This document shows, piece by piece, positions 24,681 through 37,270 of a stretch of 64,000 nt of DNA. Position numbers and translations under genes: made by a program. Below the pieces are notes generated by a model. It was given only the letters and a program-made list of their open reading frames with translations, ran no database searches and was not told the origin of the DNA. Each line of letters begins with the position of its first letter. Position 1 is the first letter of the stretch. The DNA comes from Lama guanicoe (lineage: Eukaryota). The DNA is taken from NCBI GenBank assembly GCA_013239625.1, contig MU054400.1, forward strand, positions 4,527,802 to 4,591,801. The letters run 5' to 3'.

Positions 24681-26169
24681 GGACTCAGCTCTTTGTGATG
24701 GGAAGTCAGGTCCCTATGAAGATGCATCAGCTTCTCCTATCTGGTTGCTTCCACCTCTTCCTAAGGAGACTGTCAATGCAACACCAAATATCAACCAATC
24801 TGAGTTTGGTCAAGTCAGGAGAGAAACATCAGGAGGAAGTAATACAGATGCCACACTTGGCTTCCCAAGGTTTTATTCAAACGATGAGATGTTTGCATTT
24901 TTAGAACTAATAATAATAACAATTAAATGAAGACACTACTTTATCAAATGATACTGTGCTTTTCAATTTGCATTTCCAAGTATATGCTCTCTCCCCCATT
25001 CTGCCAGAGACATTCATTTGCCTCTCAGAAGAATCAGAACATTTACATGAAAAATGCACATAAGAAAAAGAGTGAATTTTCAGCTTTGACTACAAACATT
25101 GTATTTTTGAGTCCCTACAAATATGAGAGTTTTGACAATTCTGTGCACGTCTCAGTCAGGCTGGCCAAAGTTGATTCTCCAGCTTTGCGGCGAGTCATAG
25201 GATAAAGAATACAAGATGTGACACAGGGGAAATCCCCGATATGCAGAAAAGAAGAGCCCTCTTCTTCTAGCCTTGATGTAACGTGGGAAGGAAGAGATGA
25301 AAAATAGAGTGAAAGGGTCCACTGCCAGTGTTCACAATATCCATTCTTCACTCCCACCTTGGGGTAGATGTGGGAAGCCAGACAACTCCCAACCACGTCT
25401 TTACAGAGTGGTCACTGCTATGGTACCACACCCAACGTGCGGGACTAACAATGGTGGAGACGTCTACGTGGATAGCCTGAGAACGTGTTGCTGGTGCCCC
25501 AGGGCCCATGCACAGTCTGCAGAAGGCCCAGAAATGTGTCCCTTCCTCAGTAGAGAGACCTAGAACTTAGGGACTGTGCCAGCCAAGGTGACAATGAAGG
25601 GGCCTCGGGGTCCATGGCACACAGTGACTCAAAATTCATCCCAAATGTGATACCCAGAAAGCCCGAAGGGACCAGCTGCCCACAGCAGACTCCACACAGA
25701 GGCCCAGAAAATGGTCCAGCCCATCTGCACCTACAAGACGTGGGGCCACTGACCCAGAGACCCAAGTTCTCCTTGATCACCACCTCAAGTTCAGCAGGAA
25801 GAAGAAATCTGAAATAGTGAGATCACTGGAAAATGTAGGCACTCCCATGTCTCCCTGACACCCAACACTTGAGGTTTTATAAGGAAATGCAGATGGTTTA
25901 TACGAACCACAAAAATCTGGATTTTCTTCACATATTTCATAGTGGTGTGCAAATTTCCATACCCACCACAATTAATTTTTTCTATTATAGTCTATTTCCT
26001 GAAGTGTTTCCCTAATGGAAACGAAGTAATGATCATTATGCTTAGATTTTTTTAACCAAGTTACGAGGCCAGTACACTTGCCAAATGAATCCATTCTGGA
26101 CTTCCATAATCTAAATACAGCTGTCGTCCACAAGGTGGCCCTAGAAGCAATAAAATACAAGCCTTCAAA

Positions 26170-26960
26170 ACAGCCCTGCCAATCAAAGGGGTTGATGTGA
26201 GTTGTTTTGGTTTTCCCATTTATGAGCAATTAATTGAGTAGGGAAAAAAAGAACAATTAAACACTGTGGTAACAAACTGATTTGTGTCTTCAGCGTTGGT
26301 TTTCATCAAATAGAGCAGAAACTCGAAATCACATGGGCAGCAACACAGCACCCCTGAGCTGTTTCGGACACCAAGGAACCTTGCGTGACTTCAGAGGATT
26401 TTTGCCAATTTTTTAAAAGTGAAAACTGTAGTGACAGTAAAGGAAAAGGCCCCGAAAGACCAGCAATTGTGCACATGGGGTTAAAAAAAGAAAGGGGAAA
26501 AAAGAAAAAACAGGCTTCAGCCATCACGGAATTCAAGATTGCCAGATTCCTTGATTGTGGCTTTTAATCAAAACTCAGCCAGCTGCCTGTATTTAACGTT
26601 AATTGTTAAGCTCTACGCCTCAGCCAATCATCTTGCTTCTGAGCTGGCAGTGTAACAACAACAACAAAAATATGAAACTCTCTCCCTGACCCAGTTTAGG
26701 AGGAGGGGGGGAAAAAAAAAAGAGGAAGAAGAAGAATCGTTAGTCTAGGGTTTGGTCAGCTTTCCTAGGAAGAAGGCATCTCTGGCTTTCTAAAGCAAAA
26801 CAACATCTGTGCTTGAAAACTCGCATAGCACCTTCAAGATAAACAAACAGCATGTTTATAACCCTGTCGCCCCCTCGCCTTTTACCTTCTCCCCAAGGAA
26901 AAGCAACGTCGCTTCAAAGAGAGGATGTTTTGTTTGTTCGCAGCCAGAGGCCAGGAACCT
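26170..26960. promoter_or_regulatory. Candidate enhancer or promoter within a ~3-kb repeat-poor island
   Basis: NF-Y-type cagccaatca (26621-26630), HNF1-like gttaattgttaag (26598-26610), TCF/LEF atcaaag (26182-26188) overlapping a CCAAT, FOX-like taaacaaaca (26840-26849); motif inspection only. Confidence 0.3.
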
Positions 26961-27818
26961 TCTTTCTTAGATGTCCTTTGCTCCCCTGGAGGCTGAGGAC
27001 TCACTCTGTGCTGTTAATTTCTCTGTTCTTGATCCTTTGTCAGATTTAGAGAAAGAGTCTCTCTCCTCCCGGCTTCCTAACAGCTCCAAGTATCCTAGTC
27101 TCCTATTTTTCCTCAGGGGATGGATACCTTAGCTGCCTCCCTGGACCTGGTATGAGAAGAATGCTGCTTCGTTTGAGAGGATGGAGAATTCCTGGTAAAG
27201 GGGAACAATCTCTCTCTGTCTCTCCTTCCATCCTTCTCTCTCATACATCATAAATAATGGACAAGATGGAGACTTCCCTGACACTGTCTAAAAAAACCAG
27301 CCATCTTTTAGATAAATTACCCCAAGCACAGACCTGGGAGGTGGATTGTCTTCCTCCCACAACCGCTTTGACTTTGAGCTTGACCTTGACACAAGGTTAG
27401 CCAGTAAGAATGGCGTCAGGATTGGTCACAGTGCATAGCAACAAGTTTCCTTCTCTCTAGTCATTTACATACAGACGGCAGCTAATATTCAAATCAGTGT
27501 GAGCAAACCCACGGTTGATTGAATTAAATCTCTTCTCTGGCTTGATTTACATAACTTGCAATAATCAGAATGGAGAGTGAAAGCATAATTGAAAGGAGAA
27601 AATACATACTTGCAGCTATTTGGAATTAGGTAGAGCTGAACTAAGCTTGTAAATTCTGATCTTAACTGAAAGCAGAACTGTCCTCAGCTTACTTTAATTG
27701 TAAAACATGAAGAAATATGATTTGCAGAAGTAGAAAGTTAATTAACAAATAAAGTCTTAGAAAAATATGATTAACAACAACCAGAAAGAAATTTTGTAAG
27801 AGAGAAATGGTGAGCTAG

Positions 27819-28380
27819 CGTTACCCCAAAATTGACTTTGCCTCTTGGTGGATATCACCCAAGCCAAAGCTGGGGCGGAGGACGGATTTATTACAACTTG
27901 CAGCCAGCAGGGACACCAGGGGTCTTCCCCAAAGCAGCGTCTCCCTGAACGGCAAACCTGAGGACATTTTAAGCTAAAGGTACCTGCATATTCATGAAGG
28001 GGCCTGAGCAGAGGAGAATTCAGCACAGAACTGGGGCAAAGCTCAACAGATTCCAGGTTCAGTCGACTGCAGTCAGGAGGGTCAACATCACCGCTCCATC
28101 CTCTGCCTGGGAGGGGGCCTCAGTCCCGGAAGAACTCAAAGATGTATTATCATGTACATCCCTTGAGGAGGGACTAGGACTCTGCTTTCTCACTGCATTA
28201 TTGCTTGTCTGCTTTTCTCTGTTCTTGAATTTCTTTGTTCTTTTTTGGATCATTAATTACTGAGACTTATTCAAGGGCAAGTATTGTGGCCAGGCTTAGG
28301 TCACAAAATGGCTTCTCTTACGTCAAGAAAGCCATGACTGGTTCTCTTTCTTCAGGGACCCCCTAACCTCTCTGCTTATA
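27819..28380 (-). mobile_element. ERV1-class solo LTR
   Basis: Degenerate TG..CA termini; tttatt (AATAAA on minus) near 27887; TSD ctag/ccag; both ends homologous to the LTR at 36286-36861. Confidence 0.85.
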
Positions 28381-28538
28381 CCAGTGATCTAAAAAGTTTG
28401 CTCACAACATTTTACAGGCCCATCAGAAGCAGTCCCTGCAATACCACGTTCTATCCTGAATGTTCTAGCCTAGCCCTTGGAAGGAAAGGAATTCAGCCAC
28501 TATTTTCTTTATTTTATGGCAAAAATTTACTCCAAGAT

Positions 28539-29110
28539 TGTTACCGAACAAAAGTTCATGTGCCTGATGCACCGTGAGGCCAAACAAACTGAAATATCAG
28601 AGTTTGGAGCAGAGGAAGGTTTGCTGCAGGGCCAAGCAAGGAGCACGGGTGGTTCATACTTGGAAAACACCAAATATCCAATGGCTTTCGGGGAAAAGGT
28701 TTTATAGGCAAAATTTGGGGTAGGGGCGGCAGAGCGTGTGACCTCCTTCTCACTAGTCAGCAGTGAGTTAACAGGGCGGTGTCCCAGGAATCCTGTGCTC
28801 AGCCTAAAGTTGCCATCCTCCACCTGGGTGGGGGGGTCTCAGTTTCCTAGAAGAACTCAAAAGATATTGTTCTGTATGTTCCTTGAGGAGGAACCAGGAC
28901 CCTGCCCCAAGGCTATGCTATTGTTTCTTGACTGTTCCTCCCTGGTCTCTGCTTTCCCTCCCTTTCCTGATTAGCAATTGTTTGAACCTGCCCTTTGGAA
29001 CTCGGGGAAGGTCATGGGGTCTGAATGAAGCCTATTTCTATAGACAAGAAACAGTGGACATGGAAAGGATTTGTGCCGAGGAGGACCCAACAGAGTCTTG
29101 CTTCGTTTCA
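28539..29110 (-). mobile_element. ERV1-class solo LTR
   Basis: tgttaccgaac...cttcgtttca termini; exact 4-bp TSD agat at 28535-28538 and 29111-29114; homologous to LTRs at 34936, 37271 and 38736. Confidence 0.9.
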
Positions 29111-29811
29111 AGATCTTCCCCATTGCTGCACCCAAACTCCAGTTTTCTTTCTCTATGGTTCATGTATGACACCCCCACCCCTATTACCTTTATAAAAGAA
29201 CAAAACCCAAAAGAAAAACCCCAACCCACGTGCCCTGCAAGGAGGGGAGACCCCGCTGCCAAGCAATGTACTTAAAGATCCAGCACACATGCTCCTTAAT
29301 TTTCTTAATTTCACCTCCCCTTGCTGTTCCCATCACCTGGGGTCTCACAGAAGAAAAGGGAAAAGCACAGGGAAACAATGACTCAGATCCCAAGTGTGCC
29401 CACCCCCTAGTTACTTCTCGCTCAGTTCTCAAAAGCAGAGGCGGCCAGCCTGGGCCACGCACCCGGAGTCCAGCAGAAACAGAAGATACTGCGGATGGGA
29501 ACAATCTGGGGAACAGAGGCCACTCACGTAAGCTCTCCACGCAACCCTTCAAACATTTCATGTCACAGGATGTTTGCCACTTGATAAACTTGGAGACTGT
29601 TGATATGCAGCAAAGGAGATCAATGGTCCCTCTCACGGGTGTCAGGGGGCTCTGTTCTACCCCCAGACTTTCTCGTCTACAGTAACCATATCTCTCTGTC
29701 ACAGAATCCCCATTGGAATATACAGAGTACTTTTTTAGAATAAATGTCCTAAATTTGTTGTTGAAATCGACATTTACAGATTATCTATCAAAAAATAAAA
29801 ATCAAAGGGAT

Positions 29812-29905
29812 GGCGGGGCACAGCTCAGGGGTCAAGCACGTGCTTAGCCTGCACAAGGTCCTGGGTTCAATCCCCAGGACCTCCATTAAAATAATAATAA
29901 TAATG
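29812..29905 (+). mobile_element. Vic-1-type SINE
   Basis: ggcggggcacagctcaggggtcaagcacgtgcttagcctgcacaaggtcctgggttcaatccccaggacctccattaaa(ata)n. Confidence 0.88.
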
Positions 29906-29999
29906 AAAGATGCTCAAGATGTTTGAGTTCAAGGGTAGATGAGGATTTTATGACAACACGGGTTGCAGCATCCTTTTACTCCCCCACAATAAGCCGGGT

Positions 30000-30195
30000 A
30001 CATTAAGCCAGTGATCACTGCATTTAACAGTCCCCCAGCTAGGGGTGCCAGTAGTTTTCCCTTTTTACAGAGAACACTGAGGCTCAGCCAGGTGAAGGAA
30101 CTGGCCCAAGACTTGCCACTGGAAGGAAGCAGCCTACAAGTCAAACCCAGGCAATCCAGTCACAGAAGCCCCCGCCCTTAACCTCCGTGCTGTGC
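30000..30195 (-). mobile_element. MIR SINE
   Basis: tttttacagagaacactgaggctcagccaggtgaaggaactggcccaagacttgcc...caaacccaggcaatcc. Confidence 0.8.
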
Positions 30196-30744
30196 CGTGA
30201 TACCTTCCTAAAGAAGGTAAATAATTATTCCAGGTATTTAGAGATTGCTGGACTTCAACAGCCAAGGTGGAGCCCCAGTTCTGAAAGCGTTGTTTGTATC
30301 TCAACGTTTGGTCCACATTCCTAAGCCCTTCTTTATTTTATCTCTGTTCATCATCCAAAGCTAAAGTCAGTGTAAGATGATCTTCCTCTGGGGCACTCAT
30401 GGAAAATTCTATTTTTCCCTCAACTGGAAATTCCAGAGAACCTGAGGGGAAAATCCTGAGCATCCTGGAATAAACCAAGCAGCTATAAAGAGAGCCCGGA
30501 GGCCAGTGTGAAGTAGGCGCAGCGGGGCCCTGGAGTGCTCCGAGGGCTCCCAGGAGTGCTGAGCCCCCATCTTCAGTGCTTAAGAATATGGACTCATTAC
30601 ATTTGGTGCAAGTGGTAGAGAACATTGCAGGACATCTGTGGAGTCGCTTCTGCCACCCAGGTTGACAGGGACTTGGGAGCCACCACGCTCCTGGAGAGGA
30701 AGAAACCCAGACAAGGCCTGGAAGCCAGCTGCGGCAGACTCTTC

Positions 30745-30998
30745 CCGCTTCCTGGAAACTTCCCGGGCACTTCCCAGCCTCCCTTGCAGCTCAGTTCAGC
30801 ATGATGTTAACTAAGTTCTAGCCATTTCCAGCCTGACCCTTAGAAACACCCCTTCAGCTCAACCTCTTGGGGACCACATGTTCCGGGTGGAGGAGGCTGC
30901 CTTACCTACATGAGAATTTGTGTGAGCAATGTTGTTAAGTCACTGGGATTTCAGGATTATTTTGTTACAGGGGCATAATCTAACCTACCCTGATTACA
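30745..30998 (+). mobile_element. MLT1I/J-like LTR remnant
   Basis: ttcccagcctcccttgcagct...ttaagtcactgggatttcaggattattttgttacaggggcataatctaacctaccctgattaca. Confidence 0.65.
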
Positions 30999-32149
30999 TC
31001 CCCTCTGCAACAGACATTTCAGTCCTGATTAGTGTGAGGCAAACTACTTGCCGGAAGGGTACTAGAAATAGATTTCTGGGACCCATACTCCGAGTCTCTG
31101 ACAGATTTCAGGTACAGGTAACCTGGGGCGTAGTGTGTCTGGTACGAAAATGTCAAGACAAATACCTAATGAGGAAGCTGCAGGATTTTTGTGACAGTTT
31201 GGATAGGGTATTGAGGAAAAAAAGAGAAGTCAAAGCCTTCTAATTTGAGAGGCTAAAAAAATATAATGGGACAGCGACAATCCAAAGGGCTCCTTTCAGA
31301 GAGAAGGGCAAGTTTGATTGCCAGGTGCTGGAGGTTCAGCTGAGGTATGTCCACTTGGCAAACAGCGCGTGCAGAGGAAGGCAGGTTCGTGGTGGGGGGC
31401 TGGGGCGGGACTCTTCCAGGGTGTTGCCGAGCCCCCCAAGAGTGAGCACGTAGAAGAGGGCAGAAGGTGAAGGCCTGAGCACAGAGGGCTGCCCAGCGGG
31501 CTCTGAGAAAGGGGAGCAAAGAGCAGGCATGAGATGGTTTGGAGAGCTGCCAGGCCAGCAGATAGAGAAGCAGCCAGAGGCAAGGGAGGGGGTGTGCAGA
31601 GGACACGGCTGGCCCCCCTGCAGGCCCGGACCTTTGAGGCCACCTTGAACACAGCTCAGGCCCTCCAGGCCCACCCGAACCCCCCGGCTCTCAGCTGCCC
31701 CCCTCCTGCTCCTCCTCACCCACACTTGGGTCTGTGGGTCCACCTGCCTGCTCCTTCTCCTCTGTGGACCCCATCAGTGTCCATCTCCCTACTTGTCCTT
31801 GCCTGCACATGGCCTCTGGCCCACAGTGCCTTCCCCACCCCTCCCTCTCCCCAAACCAAAGCCCAGAACAAGTTCCGCTCCCTCCCTAAACTCTGGATGG
31901 CCCTACAGAGCAGGGTCCCTCCTCCCCCTTATCTCCCCCAGAGCCCATTGTTTGTCCTGTGGTTGCAGGAAGACTTTAGTGTCACCTTTGCTGCCACCGT
32001 CATGTTCACCCACAAAAGATCTTAGTGCCACTGGGGATGGCCTTGTCCTGGCCCCTAAGGTGACTATACAGCATAACAGAGATCCTATCTCAGTGCTTCT
32101 AGAAGCAAGAGATCCAGAGTGTGGACCTGTGGACACGGCCAGGGCGGTG

Positions 32150-33995
32150 AGCCTTTATGGCTTCTCAAGCTGTTTTTGGCAACGCAGGAGCAATGGACTC
32201 CACTAGAATTTTCTTTGGGGCGTATTCAGGTATGTCAGAATTGATGCTAAGCTGGCTTCAACTGGTAAAGACATGCCAGCTTCCTCTCACAGATATGAGA
32301 GATGCTGGCAGGTGTTTCAGATGGACTTGGGGTTGCCCTGATTTTCATCATGCCCCTTCTCCACTCTCCATTCTAGACTGCCTTCATCCTCAGATAATAC
32401 ATATACCTATATTGGTGAGTTACCTGGAGGCATCACCCATCTGCGACTCGGGTCACCAGTCCCTCTCAAGCTGGACCGTTCAGGGTTGCAACCCTTGTCC
32501 ATTTGCTGTCATACCTGGGCAAGGGAGTATCAAGTAGATGACCTGGGTACCAAGCACACTTGAATCATGTAAGGTCCTTGATTCAGCCAGAAGACGAAAC
32601 CTCATGTACATACAGCAGATGGCACAAAAGCCCTGCATATTCTCCTAACCGTCAGCCAGGTCAGCAACGTAGGGGTGGTGGGTCTGTGATATCACCAGTG
32701 GACCCAACACTGATGGGCCTGCTCCTATATCTCCTTTGATGGGAAGTGGGTTCCTGGTTTGACACAGTGTTACTTTTGATCCTGTACCAGTGGATCAAAC
32801 ATCCCATGAGACCCTAGAATAGCAGTGCTGGCTCTTAAAGGAGAGGTAACTCACTTTTGCAGCCTCGGAGAATAAGACAGAATCTGCAGATTCAGGATTT
32901 TAAAGAGCATAAACCCAGCTGCCCAACCCATGTGTCAGGATCCCATTCTCTCCCGGCCAAGACCCTGACTTTGGCAAAGCAGAAATGCCCTAGTGAGACA
33001 GGAGGGAAGGGGGCAAGGCACAACCATTAAAAGATTAATAGTTGTTGAGAATATGACAAAAACTGGTTAGAACCTACTAAGCCCAAGATGGCGAAAGATA
33101 TGACTTTCAGTAGACCTCGAGCCTCATTATACACTCACTGTAATACCTCAGCTGCTAAATGGCACACCCACAGGTGCCACGACAAGTCTGAGGCTGACCA
33201 TAAAAGGCCAAAAAGTGGATGGGGCCCAATCCAGGAAATCCCTGCCCCTTCCCCAAAATAGTTGGAATAATCCTCCCACTTGCTGGCATAATGAAATCAC
33301 CCGGCCCATAAACACCAACCACCCTCACACCTTGGGACTGCCTCTCACCTTCTGAGACAGCCCATACTCTGTCTATGGAGTGTATATCTCCTTGCATAAA
33401 TCTACTTTCACGTTACTATGGCTCACTCTTGAACTCTTTCCTGTGCAAAGCCAAGGACCCTCACTTGGCAGCATGCGTCTCAGGGACTCATCCGAAACCT
33501 GGGACACATCCATCCTCTTGTGACCCATTTTCCTGCAACGCTATTTGGAGTTTAGCTTCTTTCAGGCTTAGGACTTTGATGATTAAATTCTTGCCCAGAG
33601 CCTCCATTTTCACTCCCTTCCCCCTATGGGAGATGAGACCTCTTTATAAGGTATCAAATCAAGGATGCCCTCTGACTTTCACACTTGGCTTTTTTAATAT
33701 TTTCTGGAATTTATCATTTTCAATAGAATTTAACAATAGCCATCCAATCCCATCGTCCCTTTAGTCACTGTATCTCCCAGACTTTCAAACTTCTGCTATA
33801 TCCCACCACTACAGTCCCTTCCACTGAACACCAGCTCACCATGGGTGAAAATTTTAACAACTGGACAGCCCCCCTATGCCGGGGCCAATCCTCGCTTCAC
33901 CTGCAACCAGTGATGAGATGCTCATGACCAGCTGGATGATGTGTGATCAAATTCCAGTACTGCATTTTGTCTGCTTTCTTGGGCCACTCCCAAAC
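32150..33995 (-). mobile_element. Internally deleted ERVL-class internal region (decayed integrase about 32640-32835, gag-side remnant about 32880-33990)
   Basis: Minus-strand translation with one frameshift, CLIHWYRIKSNTVSNQ/THFPSKEI*EQAHQCWVHW*YH, matches the ERVL integrase motif CLIHRHGIPHSIASDQGTHFTAKEVRQWAHAHGIHWSYH. Confidence 0.75.
32994..33540 (+). mobile_element. MER41-like ERV1 solo LTR inserted in the ERVL internal region
   Basis: tgagaca start; ccaagatggcg...gacctc...cctcatt; actctgtctatggagtg; ctttcctgtgcaaagccaaggaccctc; TSD ctag/ctat. Confidence 0.8.
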
Positions 33996-34183
33996 AAACT
34001 GACACAGTTTAGGCTCTCCCATTAGCTGACTCTGCGACAGAGTTTACGGCTTGGATGCTTGTCAGAGAATGCCCTTGGATCCATGCCTGTAAAAGGATTA
34101 GAAAGTAGAGCTGCCCCAGTGACCTCATCATCCCCAGAGGGATTCTTGAGTGGAGATGGCCCATTAGAGTTCCTGTGTTGGGC

Positions 34184-35694
34184 TGTGAACAATAAAGGAT
34201 TTGGCTGGCCTTTATGCTTTGTTCCTGGGAGTGAGCCTCTAAATCCTTGGAATCTCTCCAGTAACTGGAATGCTTTTGTTACTCACGCTGAGCCCCTAGA
34301 CCACACCTGATGGCTTACGCTAATAAGATGACTAAGGATGGGGGCTGGTTGCACCAGAAAACCAACCTTGCGATTAGACATTTGGGGGCTCTGTGCCTCA
34401 GGAATCAGCCTGACCTTGGAGGAACAGAAGGGAACTAGAGATTAAGTCACATGATCGATGATTCAATCAATTGTGCCTTCATAAGGAAGCCCTGATAAAA
34501 AGCATGGACATCAAAGCTGGGGGGGCTCCTCTGGTTGGCTTTGAGTGTTGTCACATGTTGATGTGCTGCAAAGTAACGTGTCCTAAAGACAGGAAGCTGT
34601 ATCTACAGCACATCCCAGACCTCAGATTATGTGTCTCTCTCTGTGGCTGGTCCTGATTTGTATCCGTTGTGCTATAATAAAACTTGAATAATAAGTGTAC
34701 AGCTTTCTCAAGTTCTGTGAGTTGCTCTAGAAAATCATCAAGCCTGCAGGGCTAGTGGGAACCTCTACATTTTTAGCCAGCTAGACATCAGAGTGGCCTG
34801 GGTGAAACTGAGCTCCCCTAAAACCTGAGTTCCTCTGCTGAGTTTATGGGTAACCTCTCTTTCTAAAACTGTGCTCCCTTTCTCGTCCCATCCCTGTTTC
34901 CCTCAAGATTGAGGAGTATCAAAGAAAATTGGGATCGAAACTAAGCAGGAACCTGTGGGCCCTCCCTGGTAAAAAAGCTCCTCCATGTCCCCCATTTCTT
35001 ATTTGTACAAAAAGGCTTTAGTCTCCTAGGCCTTCCCTGAGTTCCAAAGATCAGACTCAAGCAATTAACTAATTAGGGAAGTGAGGGAATGCAGAAACAA
35101 AGGAAAAGCAGTCAAGCAAGAAAAGTATGACAATAGTTCAGTGATAAAACAGAGTCCAGGTTCCTCCTCAAGGAATATACATAACAGTCTGATGCATATA
35201 TTTGAATTGTTCTACAAGAGCTAAGACATCCCTCCCCCAATCAGGTGGAGGATAGTGACTGCATGCTGACCACAAGCATGCAGACCCTACCCTAGACTGG
35301 TTGGAACTAGAAGGTTAATAATTAAGATTTTTGAAACACTACCCTGTCACCTCACCATAAACCAATCAGAAGAAAGTTCACAAGCTGCAACCCTCACCCA
35401 AAATGTTGCCTTTAAAAACTCCTTCCCTGAAGGCCATCAGGGAGTTCAGGTCTTTTGAGCATGAACTGCCCATTCTCCTTGTTTAATGCCTGCAATAAAT
35501 GCTGCACTTTCCTTCACCACAACCAGGTGTCAGTAGATTAGCTTTGCTGTGCATCAGGCTAGCAGACCCAAGTTTGGTTTGGCAATGTGGGGATGTCCAA
35601 ACTTGTGACTTGTGACAGCATCCTTGTGGGAGCTGGTGCTCTTAACCTGTGAAGTTTGGCCCAAATCCGGGTAGTTGATGTCAGAGTCACTGCA
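34184..35694 (+). mobile_element. MER21C-like LTR, split into 34184-34802 and 35588-35694
   Basis: ttcctgggagtgagcctctaaatccttggaat...gctaataagatgactaaggatgggggctgg...ataataaaac...agttctgtgagttgctctagaaaatcatcaagcctg; resumes cttaacctgtgaagtttggcccaaatccgggtagttgatgtcagag. Confidence 0.8.
34803..35587 (+). mobile_element. ERV1 insertion: ~133-bp leader segment plus full LTR (34936-35587)
   Basis: Exact TSD tggg at 34799-34802 and 35588-35591; LTR has accaatca, tttaaaa and aataaa. Confidence 0.85.
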
Positions 35695-36285
35695 GGCTGA
35701 GATGGCCTTTATATCCCTGCCTTGATCACCATTGGACATTGCTCATCCTGGGAAACATGTGCTCTTGGGCACGGCAGCTCCTTGCAGCTGAGGCAGACCC
35801 AGAAGGGGCTGAGACCTGAGAGCTGTCTGCTGACAACACTCCCACAGCACAGGGAGCAAAGAACGTCCTGCTTTGAAAGGGGATGTGAGTGGCACATCTC
35901 CAGTTCCTCATACATTCCTTCATTCATAACCTAGTTATTCTGAATTCTAGGACATCAGCTCATAACAAGGGAAGCAGACATTTTGTCCTGGGTTTCCAGA
36001 AAGTCACCAGCATTGACCCCATTCCTAGGTTGTGTCACCAATAACCTTATCCAGTGCCGGCAAGGCCAATTCACCCTTTCCCAAAACTCTTCCATCTTTA
36101 TCCAGAAGCCAGCAAGTTCCTCCAGCATCTCCTGGCTGATTCTCAGTAAGCACTAGGTGGGGATCATGAAATTTCCCAAATTTGTGAGCAACACATCCCA
36201 GAACACATGGTCTGGGGCAGATGGAGCTGCTCGCTCAGTGCAGTGGGTATATGAGTGAGAGGGAGAAACATTTCATTCTTCCAAG

Positions 36286-36861
36286 TGTAAGCAAATAGGG
36301 TAGGGGATCCCCAGAGAAAGAACAAGGCATGGCTTCCTTGACAGAAGAGAAACCATTTTTGGCCTAAGCCATTTTGTGATATAAGCCTGGCCACAATGCT
36401 TGTCCTTGAACAGGTCTCAGTAATTAATGATCTTAAAGGAACGAAAGAATGCAGAAGACTGCTATCAGGCAAGAGAAGTAAAAATAGCAAAGATAATGTA
36501 TCAGTTGTAAAGACCCCCAGTTCTGTTTCTGGTAATCTGGTAGAGATTAGCCTGAAGGGCTCAACTACAAAATCAACTCAAATCTAAGGGATGATGATGT
36601 TCACCTTTTGTGACCCTCATGGCTTCAGTCAACTAACCCTTGGACTCTGTGACTGCCCAAGCCCCTTCAAGAATATGCATGTATGCTTAGCTTAAAACCT
36701 CCCTGATTTTGCTGTTCAAGGAGACATACTGCTTTGGAAAAGATCCCCAGTGCTCTTGCTACTTGCTGTAAGTAATAAATCCTTTCTCCTCGCCATCTTT
36801 GGCTTTGTTGTGTCTTTTGGCTGGACACCCACCCAGAAGCAAACCCAGTTTTGGGGCAACA
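36286..36861 (+). mobile_element. ERV1-class solo LTR
   Basis: tgtaagc...ggggcaaca termini; exact TSD caag at 36282-36285 and 36862-36865; aataaa near 36774. Confidence 0.9.
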
Positions 36862-37270
36862 CAAGCCCAAGCCCTGGGAGGGCTGAGCTGAACCTGAATT
36901 GACAAGCACTCAAGTCATGTCGGAACTTGCACAGATGGAATTTTAAGTACATAAAACACTGAAGCACTTGTGCCAAAGAGCCAGCTTTAGCAGCAGACTT
37001 TTGCTGGCCCTGCAAGGGCAACAAGACAAATAAGCTGATGTCTCAGCAAGGCAGCTGTCTGTCTCTTCTTGTACCTGCAGAAACGTGGCTCCTCAGAAAG
37101 CACCCATGGAAGCTCCTTCATGCTGAAGCAAGTAGCATGGGGCATGGGAGGGAGGCCTAACTTGAACTTCAAGGTTGGTTCCTCTCAGCCCATCCAAACT
37201 CGAGAGGGGCTCGTACTTCTAACCATGACCTTCTCTAAGTGATGTCACAGGGGAAGACATTTTCTTCTGC

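Larger units (their letters stand above)
34000..35910 (-). mobile_element. LTR16-like ERVL LTR, split into 34000-34183 and 35695-35910 by nested insertions
   Basis: cttgggcacggcagctccttgcagctgaggcag...gagagctgtctgctgacaacactcccacagc...gaaaggggatgtgagtggcacatctc. Confidence 0.7.

Noticed and set aside
28738..29275. Similar peptides (FLEEEPGPC, SNCLNLPFGT) recurring at 28.0, 28.8 and 37.5 kb, suggesting a gene family
   Set aside because: Antisense translations of homologous ERV1 LTR copies
31253..32206. Cluster of overlapping GC-rich ORFs or possible CpG island
   Set aside because: Low-complexity GC-rich sequence with few CpGs and partial L2 origin; no recognisable protein
32640..32835. Possible domesticated retroviral integrase
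   Set aside because: Contains a frameshift and in-frame stops; decayed ERVL remnant
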